Below are positions 48,651-58,037 of a DNA stretch of 64,000 bases, one piece after another. Source of the DNA: Dehalococcoidia bacterium. GTDB lineage: Bacteria > Chloroflexota > Dehalococcoidia > UBA2979. The notes beneath the pieces are model-generated. The model ran no database searches and had not been told where the DNA came from. It worked only from the letters and a program-made list of their open reading frames with translations. The stretch spans positions 2,432,001 through 2,496,000 of the forward strand of contig OZ244720.1 of assembly GCA_965219085.1 (NCBI GenBank), in the 5' to 3' direction. The stretch's first letter is position 1, and the number at the start of each line of letters is the position of its first letter. Made by a program: the position numbers and the translations under genes.

Positions 48651-49637
48651 TCAGTCGGCGATGTGGAGGACGATCTTGCCGAAGTTCGCGTTGCTCTCCA
48701 TGTAGCGATGCGCCTCCGCCACCTCCTCGAGCGGGTAGACGCGGTCGACCACGGAGACGAGGCGGCCGGAGGCGAAGTGGTCGAGGTGGCGGCGCGCAAA
48801 GATCTGCGTGAGCGCCGCCTTCTCCTCGAGTGGCCGGGCGCGGAGCACGGTGCCGTGCACGCGCAGGCGCTTGCCCATGAGCAGGCCGAGGTTCGTCTCG
48901 AGCCTGCCGCCGCCCATCGTCCCGACGAGCACGAGGCGGCCGCGCACGGCGAGCGAGGCGAGGTTGCGCTCCCAGTAGGGCGCGCCGATGACATCGAGGA
49001 TCACGTTGACGCCCGCGCCACCCGTGTCTTCGGCGATGACCTCGGCGAAGTCGCTCTCGTGGTAGTTCACGCCGACGTCGAGGCCGAGGTCGGCGGCGCG
49101 CGCGAGCTTCTCCTCGCTGCCGGCGGTGCCGTAGACGCGGCACCCGGAGACCGAGGCGAGTTGCGTCGCGGCCGTGCCGACGCCCGAGCCGGCGGCGTGC
49201 ACGAGCATGGACTCGCCGGGCAGTAGCTCGCAGTGCTGGAAGAGGGCGTCGAAGGCCGTCAGGTACACCTCGGGGATGGCCGCGGCCTCGTCGAAGCTGA
49301 GGCCCTCCGGTATCGCCATCACCTGTCGTTCGTGGACGGTGACCTTCGAGGCGTAACCGGCGCCGCCGAGCAGCGCCATCACGCGGTCGCCGACCTGCCA
49401 TGCGGTGACGCGGTCGCCGATGGCCTCGACGACGCCGGCCATCTCGAGGCCGGGCACGTCGCCGCGGATGCCGGGCGGGGCCGGGTAGCCGCCGCGGCGC
49501 TGCATGAGGTCGGCGCGGTTGAGCGCGCTGGCGTGCACGGCGACGAGGATCTCCTCGGGGCCGGGCTCCGGGTCGGGGAGCTCACGAATCTCGAAGACAT
49601 CGGGATCGCCGGGCTCGCTGATGACGGCCGCTCGCAT
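48651..49637 (-). CDS. NAD(P)H-quinone oxidoreductase (zeta-crystallin/PIG3 type)
   Basis: NRADL.QR.G.YP, PGLE.AG, HAAGSGVG, GKIVL. Confidence 0.9.
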   Translation of the reverse strand: MRAAVISEPGDPDVFEIRELPDPEPGPEEILVAVHASALNRADLMQRRGGYPAPPGIRGDVPGLEMAGVVEAIGDRVTAWQVGDRVMALLGGAGYASKVTVHERQVMAIPEGLSFDEAAAIPEVYLTAFDALFQHCELLPGESMLVHAAGSGVGTAATQLASVSGCRVYGTAGSEEKLARAADLGLDVGVNYHESDFAEVIAEDTGGAGVNVILDVIGAPYWERNLASLAVRGRLVLVGTMGGGRLETNLGLLMGKRLRVHGTVLRARPLEEKAALTQIFARRHLDHFASGRLVSVVDRVYPLEEVAEAHRYMESNANFGKIVLHIAD

Positions 49638-49764
49638 GCCTCGATCCTTTCGTGATCGCATGAGTCGTCGCGACCGCGGGATGCTAGCACGGCGCGCAGT
49701 GGGCAGCGTGCTACGCTCGATCCGCCGCACGGGGCACGGCGCAGCGCTGGAGAGGGAACGCACG

Positions 49765-52266
49765 ATGGATGAGCGTCTGGACGCCCTCGAAGTCGCCACG
49801 GAGGACCTCACGGCGCGCTGCGATCCCGAGACACTGCCGTTCGCCAGCACCGAGGAACTGCACGCCCTCGAAGCCGTCTTCGGGCAGGAACGTGCGGTGC
49901 GCGCCATCGAGTTCGCGCTGGGGATGAAGGCGCCCGGCTACAACCTCTACGCGTCCGGCCCCGACGGCATCGGCAAGGCCTCGATCATCGAGGCACTGCT
50001 GCACCACCGGGCGGAGACCGAACCGGCGCCTTCGGACCGGGTCTACGTCCACAACTTCGAGGATCCCGACCGCCCGGTCGGCATCGAACTGCCCGCAGGC
50101 GCGGCGCCGGGCTTCGCTTCCCAGGCGCGACTCACCGTCGAGCGGGCGATCGAGGACGTGCGCGAGGCGTTCGAGGGCGACTCCTACGTGCGCCAGCGCG
50201 CCGACGTCGGTGGTGGCTCCGACCAGCGCCGCGGCGAGCTCATCCAGGGGCTGCAGCGCCGCGCCGCGGAGATGGGGTTCGCGCTGCAGATGACGCCCCA
50301 GGGCATCATGTCGTCGCCCCTCATCGACGGACAGCCTGCCTCGGACGAGGAGTTCGCCGCGCTGCCTCAGAACCAGCGAGACGAGACGATGCGACTCGCT
50401 CGCGAGGAGCTCGAACCCGTCGTGCAGGACACGCTGCTGCAGATCCGCGGCCTCGAGCGCGAGGCCCGCGAGGCGCTCGGACGCCTCGACGAGGAGGTCG
50501 CGGGCGAGGCGATCGAGGAGCGCTTCGGCCCGCTGCGCGGGCTCCACCCCGACAACGACGACGTGACGGCGTTCCTCGGCGCCGTGCAGGCCGACATCGT
50601 GCGCGAGCGCGACCGCCTGCGCGCGCCAGCGCAGGGCCAGGGGCCCGCGGGCGCCGACCCCGAGCAGCCGCGGCAGGCGCTGCTGCGTCGCTACGAGGTG
50701 AACGCGCTGATCACCAACGACACGAATGGCGGCGCGCCGGTCATCGTCGAGACGAACCCGACCTATCAGAACCTGCTCGGACGCATCGAGTACATCGGGC
50801 AGGCGGGGATGGTCGTCACCGACCACACGATGATCCGCAACGGCTCGCTGGGGCGGGCCAATGGCGGCTACCTGATGCTGCGGATGCGCGACCTGCTCAC
50901 CAACGGCGCGGCGTACGACGGCCTCAAGCGCGCGCTCCACTCCGCCGAGCTGACCATCGAGAGCCTGCAGCAGGCCCTCGGGCTCATCCCCACCGCCGGG
51001 CTACGCCCCGAGCCGATGCCGCTGGACGTGAAGGTCGTGATCATCGGCGACGCCTCGATGTACCCGTACCTCTACCGCCTCGACCCCGACTTCCGGGAGC
51101 TGTTCCGCGTGAAGGCGGACTTCGAGGTCGACTTCGAGCGCAACCGCGAGAACATCCTCGGGCTCTCCTCGGTGATCCACGGCCAGTGCGACCGCGCCGG
51201 CATGGCCTGCTTCTCCGACCGCGCCGTCGCGCGGCTGATCGAGCACTCCTCGCGGCTCGTCGAGGACCAGCGACGGCTCTCCGGCAACATGGGTGCGCTG
51301 CTCGACCTCGTGCGCCAGGCCGACTACTGGGCCAACCAGGACGGCTCCGGCGTCGCGCATCTCCAGCACGTCGAGCGTGCGCTCGAGGAGGGTGTGTACC
51401 GTTCCTCGCTCGTGCGCGACCGCATGCAGCAGCTCATCGACGAGGGCACGGTCTTCATCGACACCGAGGGCGAGCAGGTGGGGCAGATCAACGCGCTGTC
51501 CGTCTACAACCTCGGCGACATCACGTTCGGGCGGCCGTCGCGCATCACCTGCGTGGTCTCGGCCGGCCGCGGCACGATCGTGAACATCGAGCGCGAGAGC
51601 GACATGGCCGGGCGTACCCATAACAAGGGGTTCCTGATCCTGCGAGGCCTCCTCGCCGACCGGCTCGGGCAGGACATGGCGATGGCGCTCCACGCCAGCC
51701 TGACGTTCGAGCAGCTCTACAACGACATCGACGGCGACTCGGCGTCCTCGACGGAGCTGTACGCGCTCCTGTCGGCGCTCGCCGAGGCGCCCATTCGCCA
51801 GTCGATCGCCGTGACCGGCTCGCTCAACCAGCGCGGCGAAGTGCAGCCCATCGGCGGCGCCACCGCCAAGATCGAGGGCTTCTTCGAGGTATGCCGCGCC
51901 CGCGGCCTCGACGGCACGCAGGGCGTGATGATCCCGGCGTCCAACGTCCCGAACGTCGTGCTGCGCCCCGACGTCGCGGATGCCGTTGCGCGCGGCGAGT
52001 TCCACGTCTGGGCCATCGAGCGCATCGAGCAGGGCATCGAGGTGCTCACGGGGGTCCCCGCCGGCGAGCCCGGCGAGGACGGGGCCTACCCACCGGACAC
52101 AATCTTCGGCCGGGTGCAGGCGCGGCTGCGCCGGTTCGCCGAGGCGCTGCGCGGTGGCGCCGCGCCCGGCATCGACCTGGCGCTCGTGCCCGCGCCGCGC
52201 ATGGCGGCGCTGCCCACTCCGGGCGTCCCGCCGCAGCCGCCGCCCGATCCGCCGGTACAGGTCTGA
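49765..52266 (+). CDS. Lon-like protease (LonC type)
   Basis: GQERAV, GPDGIGK, ANGGYL, GQINAL, DGDSAS (catalytic Ser), GSLNQ.G.VQPIGG..KIEGF. Confidence 0.9.
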   Translation: MDERLDALEVATEDLTARCDPETLPFASTEELHALEAVFGQERAVRAIEFALGMKAPGYNLYASGPDGIGKASIIEALLHHRAETEPAPSDRVYVHNFEDPDRPVGIELPAGAAPGFASQARLTVERAIEDVREAFEGDSYVRQRADVGGGSDQRRGELIQGLQRRAAEMGFALQMTPQGIMSSPLIDGQPASDEEFAALPQNQRDETMRLAREELEPVVQDTLLQIRGLEREAREALGRLDEEVAGEAIEERFGPLRGLHPDNDDVTAFLGAVQADIVRERDRLRAPAQGQGPAGADPEQPRQALLRRYEVNALITNDTNGGAPVIVETNPTYQNLLGRIEYIGQAGMVVTDHTMIRNGSLGRANGGYLMLRMRDLLTNGAAYDGLKRALHSAELTIESLQQALGLIPTAGLRPEPMPLDVKVVIIGDASMYPYLYRLDPDFRELFRVKADFEVDFERNRENILGLSSVIHGQCDRAGMACFSDRAVARLIEHSSRLVEDQRRLSGNMGALLDLVRQADYWANQDGSGVAHLQHVERALEEGVYRSSLVRDRMQQLIDEGTVFIDTEGEQVGQINALSVYNLGDITFGRPSRITCVVSAGRGTIVNIERESDMAGRTHNKGFLILRGLLADRLGQDMAMALHASLTFEQLYNDIDGDSASSTELYALLSALAEAPIRQSIAVTGSLNQRGEVQPIGGATAKIEGFFEVCRARGLDGTQGVMIPASNVPNVVLRPDVADAVARGEFHVWAIERIEQGIEVLTGVPAGEPGEDGAYPPDTIFGRVQARLRRFAEALRGGAAPGIDLALVPAPRMAALPTPGVPPQPPPDPPVQV

Positions 52267-52290
52267 GTCCGGCTTGGGCATCGCGCGGGC

Positions 52291-52878
52291 ATGACCACCG
52301 ACGAGCGCGACGACCTGCCGCTGCTCACCCTCGACCTCGACGGGGTGATCTGCGGCCCGCCCTTCGGGGGTGAGCGCGGGCTCAACCTCGGGATCAGCCG
52401 CCGCTTCGTCGACCCGCACGAACGCCCGCACCGCGCTGTCGTCCCGCCTCGCTGGCTGTCGTGGCCCATCGACCACGCGCGGTTCGACCTGCGCCGCCCG
52501 TTGCCGGGCGTCGCGGAGGCGCTGGAGCGGTTGCGCGAGGTGCGCCGCCTCATCGTCGTGACTGGCCGCCGCAGCCCCCCGGACCACTGGCTGCGCTGGC
52601 ACGGCCTGGACGAGTACCTCGACGGTGTCATCGTGAACACCACGTGGCTGCCGAGCCCCCACTTCAAGTGGGGAGCCCTCGTTGTCCTCGAAGCCGCCGA
52701 ACACATCGACGACGACGGCCGCACCACGCAGCTGATCGCCGAGCGCACCGAGGCGCGGCCGTTCCTGCGCGACTGGCCGCGCAACCGCGACCTGCCGTAC
52801 CACGAGCGCGTCGAGCGCGTCGCGGACCTCGGCGCCCTGGCGGACCTGCTCGTGGGTGGCGAGGCGGCCCAGCCCTAG
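52291..52878 (+). CDS. HAD-superfamily hypothetical protein
   Basis: DLDGV, VTGR, K, IDDD motifs. Confidence 0.65.
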   Translation: MTTDERDDLPLLTLDLDGVICGPPFGGERGLNLGISRRFVDPHERPHRAVVPPRWLSWPIDHARFDLRRPLPGVAEALERLREVRRLIVVTGRRSPPDHWLRWHGLDEYLDGVIVNTTWLPSPHFKWGALVVLEAAEHIDDDGRTTQLIAERTEARPFLRDWPRNRDLPYHERVERVADLGALADLLVGGEAAQP

Positions 52879-54171
52879 CAGGGTGCTGAAAAAGGCGCGG
52901 CCATCTGGCAGGATAGCGAAGGCGGCGGGGGCGTAGCCTGGGAGGCAGCCCCGTGCGAGGCGACGCCGAGCGCCAGACCAACATGTTGCTGGCGGTGACG
53001 CCGGACTCCTTCATCCCGGACGACCACCCGATCCGACGCATCAAGCCGATCGTCGATGCAGCGCTGCAGCGGCTCTCGCCGCTCTTCGGCACGATGTACG
53101 CAACGAGCGGGCGGCCCTCGATCCCGCCCGAGCACCTGCTCAAGGCGAGCCTGCTGATCGCGCTCTACTCGATCCGCAGCGAGCGCCAGTTCTGCGAGCG
53201 GCTGCGCTACGACCTGCTCTTCAAGTGGTTCTTGGACCTCAACATCTCAGACGCGCCGTTCGACGCCTCGAGCTTCTCGAAGAACCGCGAGCGCCTGCTC
53301 GCAGCCGATGTCGCGCGCGCCTTCTTCGCCGAGGTGGTGGCCGAGGCAAAGCGCCGCCGGCTGCTCTCCGCCGAGCACTTCACCGTGGACGGGACGCTGC
53401 TGGAGGCCTGGGCCTCGCTCAAGAGCTACCGCCCGCGCGACGGGCAGGAGCCACCCCCGGGCGGACGCAACCCGGACGTGGACTTCCGCGGGCGGCGGCG
53501 CAGCCGCGATACGCATAGCTCCGGCACCGACCCGCAGGCGCAGCTGTACACAAAGGGAGCGGGGCAGACGGCGAAACTGAGCTACATGGGCCATCTGCTC
53601 ACCGAGAACCGTCACGGCCTGGTGCTGGACGTGGAGTTGACCGAGGCGAACGGGTACGCCGAGCGCGAGGCCGCGGTCACGATGCTGGAGCGCAGCGTGA
53701 GCGGCTGCGGGACGCTGGGCGCCGACCGCGGCTACGACACGCGCGACTTCGTGGCGGAACTGCGCGCGCGCGGCGTGACGCCGCACGTGGCGCAAAACGA
53801 CCGCGGCCGCCGCAGCGCCGTGGACGGGCGCACCACGCGGCATCGCGGCTACAGGCAGAGTCAGCAGCGGCGCAAGATCGTGGAGCAGGTCTTCGGCTGG
53901 ATGAAGACCGTGGGCGGCGGGCGCAAGCTGCGTTTCGTGGGCCGCGAGCGCAACCGCGGCTGGCTGGAGCTCACCGCCGCCGCCTACAACCTCGTGCGCA
54001 TGGCCAGGCTCGAACTCGCCCCTGCGTAGGCGCAGTGCGCCCTCCGGCCGGTCCGGGAGCCCTCAGAGGCCCCCGGGGGCAGGTCAGGAGGCCACCATCA
54101 CGAAGCCGGAGGCGGCTTCAAGCCGCCTCTCGCCACTCCGAGACCCCGGAAGGCGCTTCTTCAGCACCCTG
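52879..54171 (+). mobile_element. IS5/IS1182-type insertion sequence
   Basis: IRs CAGGGTGCTGAAAAAG / CTTCTTCAGCACCCTG (15/16); CTAG duplication at 52875-52878 and 54172-54175. Confidence 0.95.
52953..54029 (+). CDS. DDE transposase (IS5/IS1182 type)
   Basis: GRPSIPPE, SIRSER, VDGTL..AWAS.KS, ADRGYD, R..VEQ.FGW.K. Confidence 0.95.
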   Translation: MRGDAERQTNMLLAVTPDSFIPDDHPIRRIKPIVDAALQRLSPLFGTMYATSGRPSIPPEHLLKASLLIALYSIRSERQFCERLRYDLLFKWFLDLNISDAPFDASSFSKNRERLLAADVARAFFAEVVAEAKRRRLLSAEHFTVDGTLLEAWASLKSYRPRDGQEPPPGGRNPDVDFRGRRRSRDTHSSGTDPQAQLYTKGAGQTAKLSYMGHLLTENRHGLVLDVELTEANGYAEREAAVTMLERSVSGCGTLGADRGYDTRDFVAELRARGVTPHVAQNDRGRRSAVDGRTTRHRGYRQSQQRRKIVEQVFGWMKTVGGGRKLRFVGRERNRGWLELTAAAYNLVRMARLELAPA

Positions 54172-54229
54172 CTAGACGCCAGTCTCACGCGCACGTTAGG
54201 TTCGTGGTTCGAGCGCCCTCGGCGAACGG

Positions 54230-55561
54230 GTGGAGGCGAGCATGGCCGCAGCGCGCGCGAGCATGTTCTCGTCGCTCTACATCCGTGACTTTCGCCTGCT
54301 CTGGCTCGGCGTGTCGAGTCACTCCGCCGCGCTGTGGACGGAGAACATCGCCCGCCCGTACCTCGTCTACGAGCTGACGGGGTCGCCGGCACAGCTCGGC
54401 CTGGTCATCGTCGCGCGCACGCTGCCGCAGTTCGCGTTCGGCATCTTCGCCGGCGTCGCCATCGACTGGTTCGACCGCAAGCGCGTGCTCCAACTCTCGC
54501 AGATCGGCGCGTTCGTGCTGAATGTGAGCTTCGCCATGCTGCTTGTTGCGGGGCTGCTCGAGCTCTGGCACATCTACGCCGCCGCCGCCATCCGAGGGGT
54601 CACGATGGCGTTCGACCAGCCCGCCCGGCAGTCGCTCGTGCCCGCCGTGGTGCCCCCGGACCGCGTCACGAACGCGATCGCGCTCTTCTCGGCGACCCAG
54701 AACACGATGCGCATCGTCGGCACGGCGGCGTCGGGCTTCCTGATCGCCGCGGTCGGCGTCAATGGCGCCTTCGTCGCCATCGCCATCATCTACGCCGGGA
54801 CCGTCACCGCCACCTCGATGCTGCGCGTGCCGCCGCACGTGCCGCCGTCCGCCACGGGCGCTGGGGCGATGCTGAGCGGGCTCGGCGATGCGATGCGCTA
54901 CGCGTGGCGCACGCCCACCATCCGCGGCGCGATCGGGCTCGCGCTCATCTACTTCGCCTTCGGGCTGTCGTTCATGCAGCTGTTCGCGCCGCTGTTCGCC
55001 CTCGAGGTGCTCGACATCGGGCCGTTCGGGTTCGGGGTGATGATGTCGCTCACGGGCGCGGGATCGCTGGTGGGCGCGCTGGCGATCGCGTCGAGGTCGC
55101 CTCGGCGGCTCGGGGTGCTGGTGCCGCTGATGATGATCGCCTTCGGGTCGCTGTTGATCCTGTTCGCGCTCAGCACGTACCTGCCGGGCGAGCTGGGCCG
55201 GGCGTGGATCGCGCTCTCGCTGGTGCTGGTGTTCGCGGCGGGGCTGTTCCAGTCCGGCGCGTTCGCGCTGGTGCAGGTGATCATGCTCGACGCCGCGCCG
55301 GAGCAGATGCGAGGCCGCCTGATGGGCCTCCTCGCGTTCGACCGCGCCACGATGATGATGGGCGCGGCGGCCGGCGGCCTCCTCGCCCAGACGGTCGGCA
55401 CCCAACCCGCCCAGATCGTCTACGCCCTGCTCGTCATCGTCGGCGCCGTGGCCGTGCTCGTCTTCGCCCCCGGCTTCCGCGCGACGGTGGTGGGGGAGGC
55501 GCGGCGGGGGGCGGAGCGCGAGCAGGGCGTGGCGGAGCGTGAGGGTGCGGCTGCGCGCTAG
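54230..55561 (+). CDS. MFS transporter
   Basis: About 12 TM; G...DWFDRK, PARQS..P, MRGR; start may be 54242 or 54263. Confidence 0.9.
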   Translation: MEASMAAARASMFSSLYIRDFRLLWLGVSSHSAALWTENIARPYLVYELTGSPAQLGLVIVARTLPQFAFGIFAGVAIDWFDRKRVLQLSQIGAFVLNVSFAMLLVAGLLELWHIYAAAAIRGVTMAFDQPARQSLVPAVVPPDRVTNAIALFSATQNTMRIVGTAASGFLIAAVGVNGAFVAIAIIYAGTVTATSMLRVPPHVPPSATGAGAMLSGLGDAMRYAWRTPTIRGAIGLALIYFAFGLSFMQLFAPLFALEVLDIGPFGFGVMMSLTGAGSLVGALAIASRSPRRLGVLVPLMMIAFGSLLILFALSTYLPGELGRAWIALSLVLVFAAGLFQSGAFALVQVIMLDAAPEQMRGRLMGLLAFDRATMMMGAAAGGLLAQTVGTQPAQIVYALLVIVGAVAVLVFAPGFRATVVGEARRGAEREQGVAEREGAAAR

Positions 55562-56520
55562 AGGTCGAGCGCCGTCTGTGTTGGTTGGCCGCTCGCTGTG
55601 AACATATCCAGTTGTCGGCTGTCCCGAGCCCTCAGCACCTTTACATCCTCGAGCATGATGCCGTGGGGATTGGGGTGCTCAGACTGCAGTCTCGCCTCAG
55701 CGTGCTGGCAGAACTCGGGGTTCAGGTCGATACCGATCCAGCGCCGTCCGATCGATTTTGCCGCGAGCGTAGTCGCACCGGTACCGTTGAACATATCCAG
55801 GACAAGATCTCCGCCGAAACCGGCCTCCGGCGCTTGCGCGAATGAGTACATCAACGCCAGCCGCTGCGGGAGGACGGTTGGGAACGGTGCGGGATGTCCG
55901 CCGGTACGCTTCACATCCTCTGGGTACATAGGCCAGATTTGCATGCTGAGGTTCCTCCACTCAGCTTGTGTGACCTTGCTGGGTTCTTTTGCCGCCTTCG
56001 AAATCGGGTGAGGAGGGCCATCCTTGACGTACACGTTGATGAATTCGATGGTATTGTCTTCGTAGATGTTTGGAGGATACGGGTAACTTCCAAACATCTT
56101 CGTCGTTGTTTGCTTCTTCCACACGAAGAGGCTGTACCGGTGCAGAGCGGGTAGCTCCCGAAGGATAGTCGCCTCAATGTCGAAGGCGATGTTCTTGAGA
56201 TGCCGTGTGTGCTGATTACCGATTTGATCCTTCCGAATGGGCATGATCGGTGTCACGATGGCAAGCTTCCCATTTGGTATGAGAACACGCAGCGTCTCAC
56301 GCCAGACGTTCATTAGCTGGTCAAGGTACCGCTCGTAGCTCGTCTGACCGATTTGGCCTTCAATTCCGTAGTCCACGACGTTCCAGTACGGGGGGCTCGT
56401 GACAGCAAGCGCGACGCACTCATCCGGCAGGCCTCGAAGCGTCGTGTGCGCATCAGCGCATACGATGCGATCGACGAGGTCGCCCGGCCAATGGTGCTGA
56501 TCAGGTATGCGGTATTTCAT
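55558..56520 (-). CDS. Site-specific DNA methyltransferase, beta class (probable N4-cytosine)
   Basis: TSPPY catalytic motif before HPAPFP and VLDMFNGTG.T SAM motif. Confidence 0.9.
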   Translation of the reverse strand: MKYRIPDQHHWPGDLVDRIVCADAHTTLRGLPDECVALAVTSPPYWNVVDYGIEGQIGQTSYERYLDQLMNVWRETLRVLIPNGKLAIVTPIMPIRKDQIGNQHTRHLKNIAFDIEATILRELPALHRYSLFVWKKQTTTKMFGSYPYPPNIYEDNTIEFINVYVKDGPPHPISKAAKEPSKVTQAEWRNLSMQIWPMYPEDVKRTGGHPAPFPTVLPQRLALMYSFAQAPEAGFGGDLVLDMFNGTGATTLAAKSIGRRWIGIDLNPEFCQHAEARLQSEHPNPHGIMLEDVKVLRARDSRQLDMFTASGQPTQTALDL

Positions 56521-56525
56521 ACGTG

Positions 56526-58010
56526 TCAGACCTCGACGGTTGCGAACCCGTGCTGCTTGAATCGAAGGAATTGATCCGCGTCCGGCTTGAGCAATCCGAT
56601 TCTGGAGTATCGCGCCTTGTCGGGGAATTGACTTGCGAGGATGATCCCCCGGACGTTGTCTCTCCCGTTCTGGTAGTTGCCATGGACCCACCCGATATAC
56701 CGTAGAATCTGCCCGAATACGGAGTCCTCCGCAGCCTTTGCTTTGATTTCGACAACCACGTATTTCCCGTCCGCTCCTCGGCACAGTAGGTCGATGCGCC
56801 CGATCGGCGTCTCTACCTGCCTGCCTTCCAGTTGCAGGCCCTGCTCAAGCGTGTGGAGCAAGTCCGGATTGTCCGCGTAGGAGGACTCGATCGCCTTCTC
56901 GATCTCGAGGCGGCTGATCTCGGCTGACTCTTCCTCTGACAGTCGCCCCGCATGCTCTTCGATCTCCTCACGAGCGCGCTCACTCGATTCCGCCGACTGG
57001 ACGGTGAATGCCAGATAGTCGAACCAGGATGGAGTTCGCTCGGGATCCCCGAGGTAGGAAAACCAGTCTTCGCGGCTCGTGAAGCCCGCGACCTTGACGT
57101 CCGTGCTCGCCAATTCCTTGGTGTAATCGGGCTCGCGGATGCGAATCGTCTTGTCGTTGCTGTCGACCTCGAGCCAAGAGGGATAGCAGAAGAAGGACCG
57201 CTGATAGCTCGCGTCTTGCTGGATGCGCTTGAAACGCTTGCCAGGGTCAGGCTCAGCCTTGGTCGGCATGGTCTGGAAGATATCTTGGAGATGCTCCTGT
57301 TCGTCCGTGTTCAGGTTCCGCCAGTGCTCGACATATCGAACCACCCGCTCTAAGTCGTCGTGGTCTCTGGCGAGGTTCAGGAAGAGTTCCTGTTCGTCGA
57401 AAGTTAGGTATCCATTCGATTCTTGAAGGACTTGGAGCAGGAAGATGTGTGGAACCAAACCGCCAAACCCTTCTCGATTCGCGCGCGATTGCAGCGGGTT
57501 GGGATACTGCAGCTTCGCCACTTGCTGCTCCACAACCGACCGCAAAGGCTCGTCGTTGGCGAGCGCTGCGATCATCGCGAACCCTGCGTCCGTGATGATG
57601 ATCTCTTGGGCAGGCTCAGCCCATAGGAACCCGAGGGTCCCTAGTAGGGTGCTGACGATGCGAGGCAGCGCTGTACGGTCCGCAACTGTGGCTTTGGGAT
57701 CCTGTGGATGGAGCAGGTCCCTTTCTGCGAGGCTTGTAAGAAGGCTGTCTTGGGTATCGCGGTTCCATGTTTCATCGAGAAACTCTTCGAATATCAACCG
57801 CAGCGTTTGTGCGCAGAAGAGTACGTTGCCATCATTGAGCACACGCGCCTTCGGGATGTACCAGTAGGTGGGGCACTTACGATAGTCGGACAGTGCGTCA
57901 GAGAACACGTCCCGGAAGGGAAAGTCGCGCCGAAGTCTCTTCCGCCTCTGCGGCACTACGCCCAACCTCGCTCGTCGCGTGGCTCCAGTCTCCAGAATCC
58001 GAGCATACAC
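56526..58010 (-). CDS. Putative restriction endonuclease: AlwI-like N-terminal region plus NucS-like PD-(D/E)XK C-terminal domain
   Basis: ITDAG..QVAKLQYPNP..VPHIFLLQVL..YLTFDE; C-terminus GRIDLL..VVVEIK..GQILRYIGWV; 5 nt from MTase; true start probably downstream of 58010, which overlaps a TATGCT box. Confidence 0.7.
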   Translation of the reverse strand: MYARILETGATRRARLGVVPQRRKRLRRDFPFRDVFSDALSDYRKCPTYWYIPKARVLNDGNVLFCAQTLRLIFEEFLDETWNRDTQDSLLTSLAERDLLHPQDPKATVADRTALPRIVSTLLGTLGFLWAEPAQEIIITDAGFAMIAALANDEPLRSVVEQQVAKLQYPNPLQSRANREGFGGLVPHIFLLQVLQESNGYLTFDEQELFLNLARDHDDLERVVRYVEHWRNLNTDEQEHLQDIFQTMPTKAEPDPGKRFKRIQQDASYQRSFFCYPSWLEVDSNDKTIRIREPDYTKELASTDVKVAGFTSREDWFSYLGDPERTPSWFDYLAFTVQSAESSERAREEIEEHAGRLSEEESAEISRLEIEKAIESSYADNPDLLHTLEQGLQLEGRQVETPIGRIDLLCRGADGKYVVVEIKAKAAEDSVFGQILRYIGWVHGNYQNGRDNVRGIILASQFPDKARYSRIGLLKPDADQFLRFKQHGFATVEV

Positions 58011-58037
58011 GCTTGGCGCATGAGTGGCCCCGCCCGC

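Noticed and set aside
55558-56520. Idea that the MTase recognises CTAG and so modulates IS targeting
   Set aside because: Specificity cannot be read from the sequence; it would need methylome data
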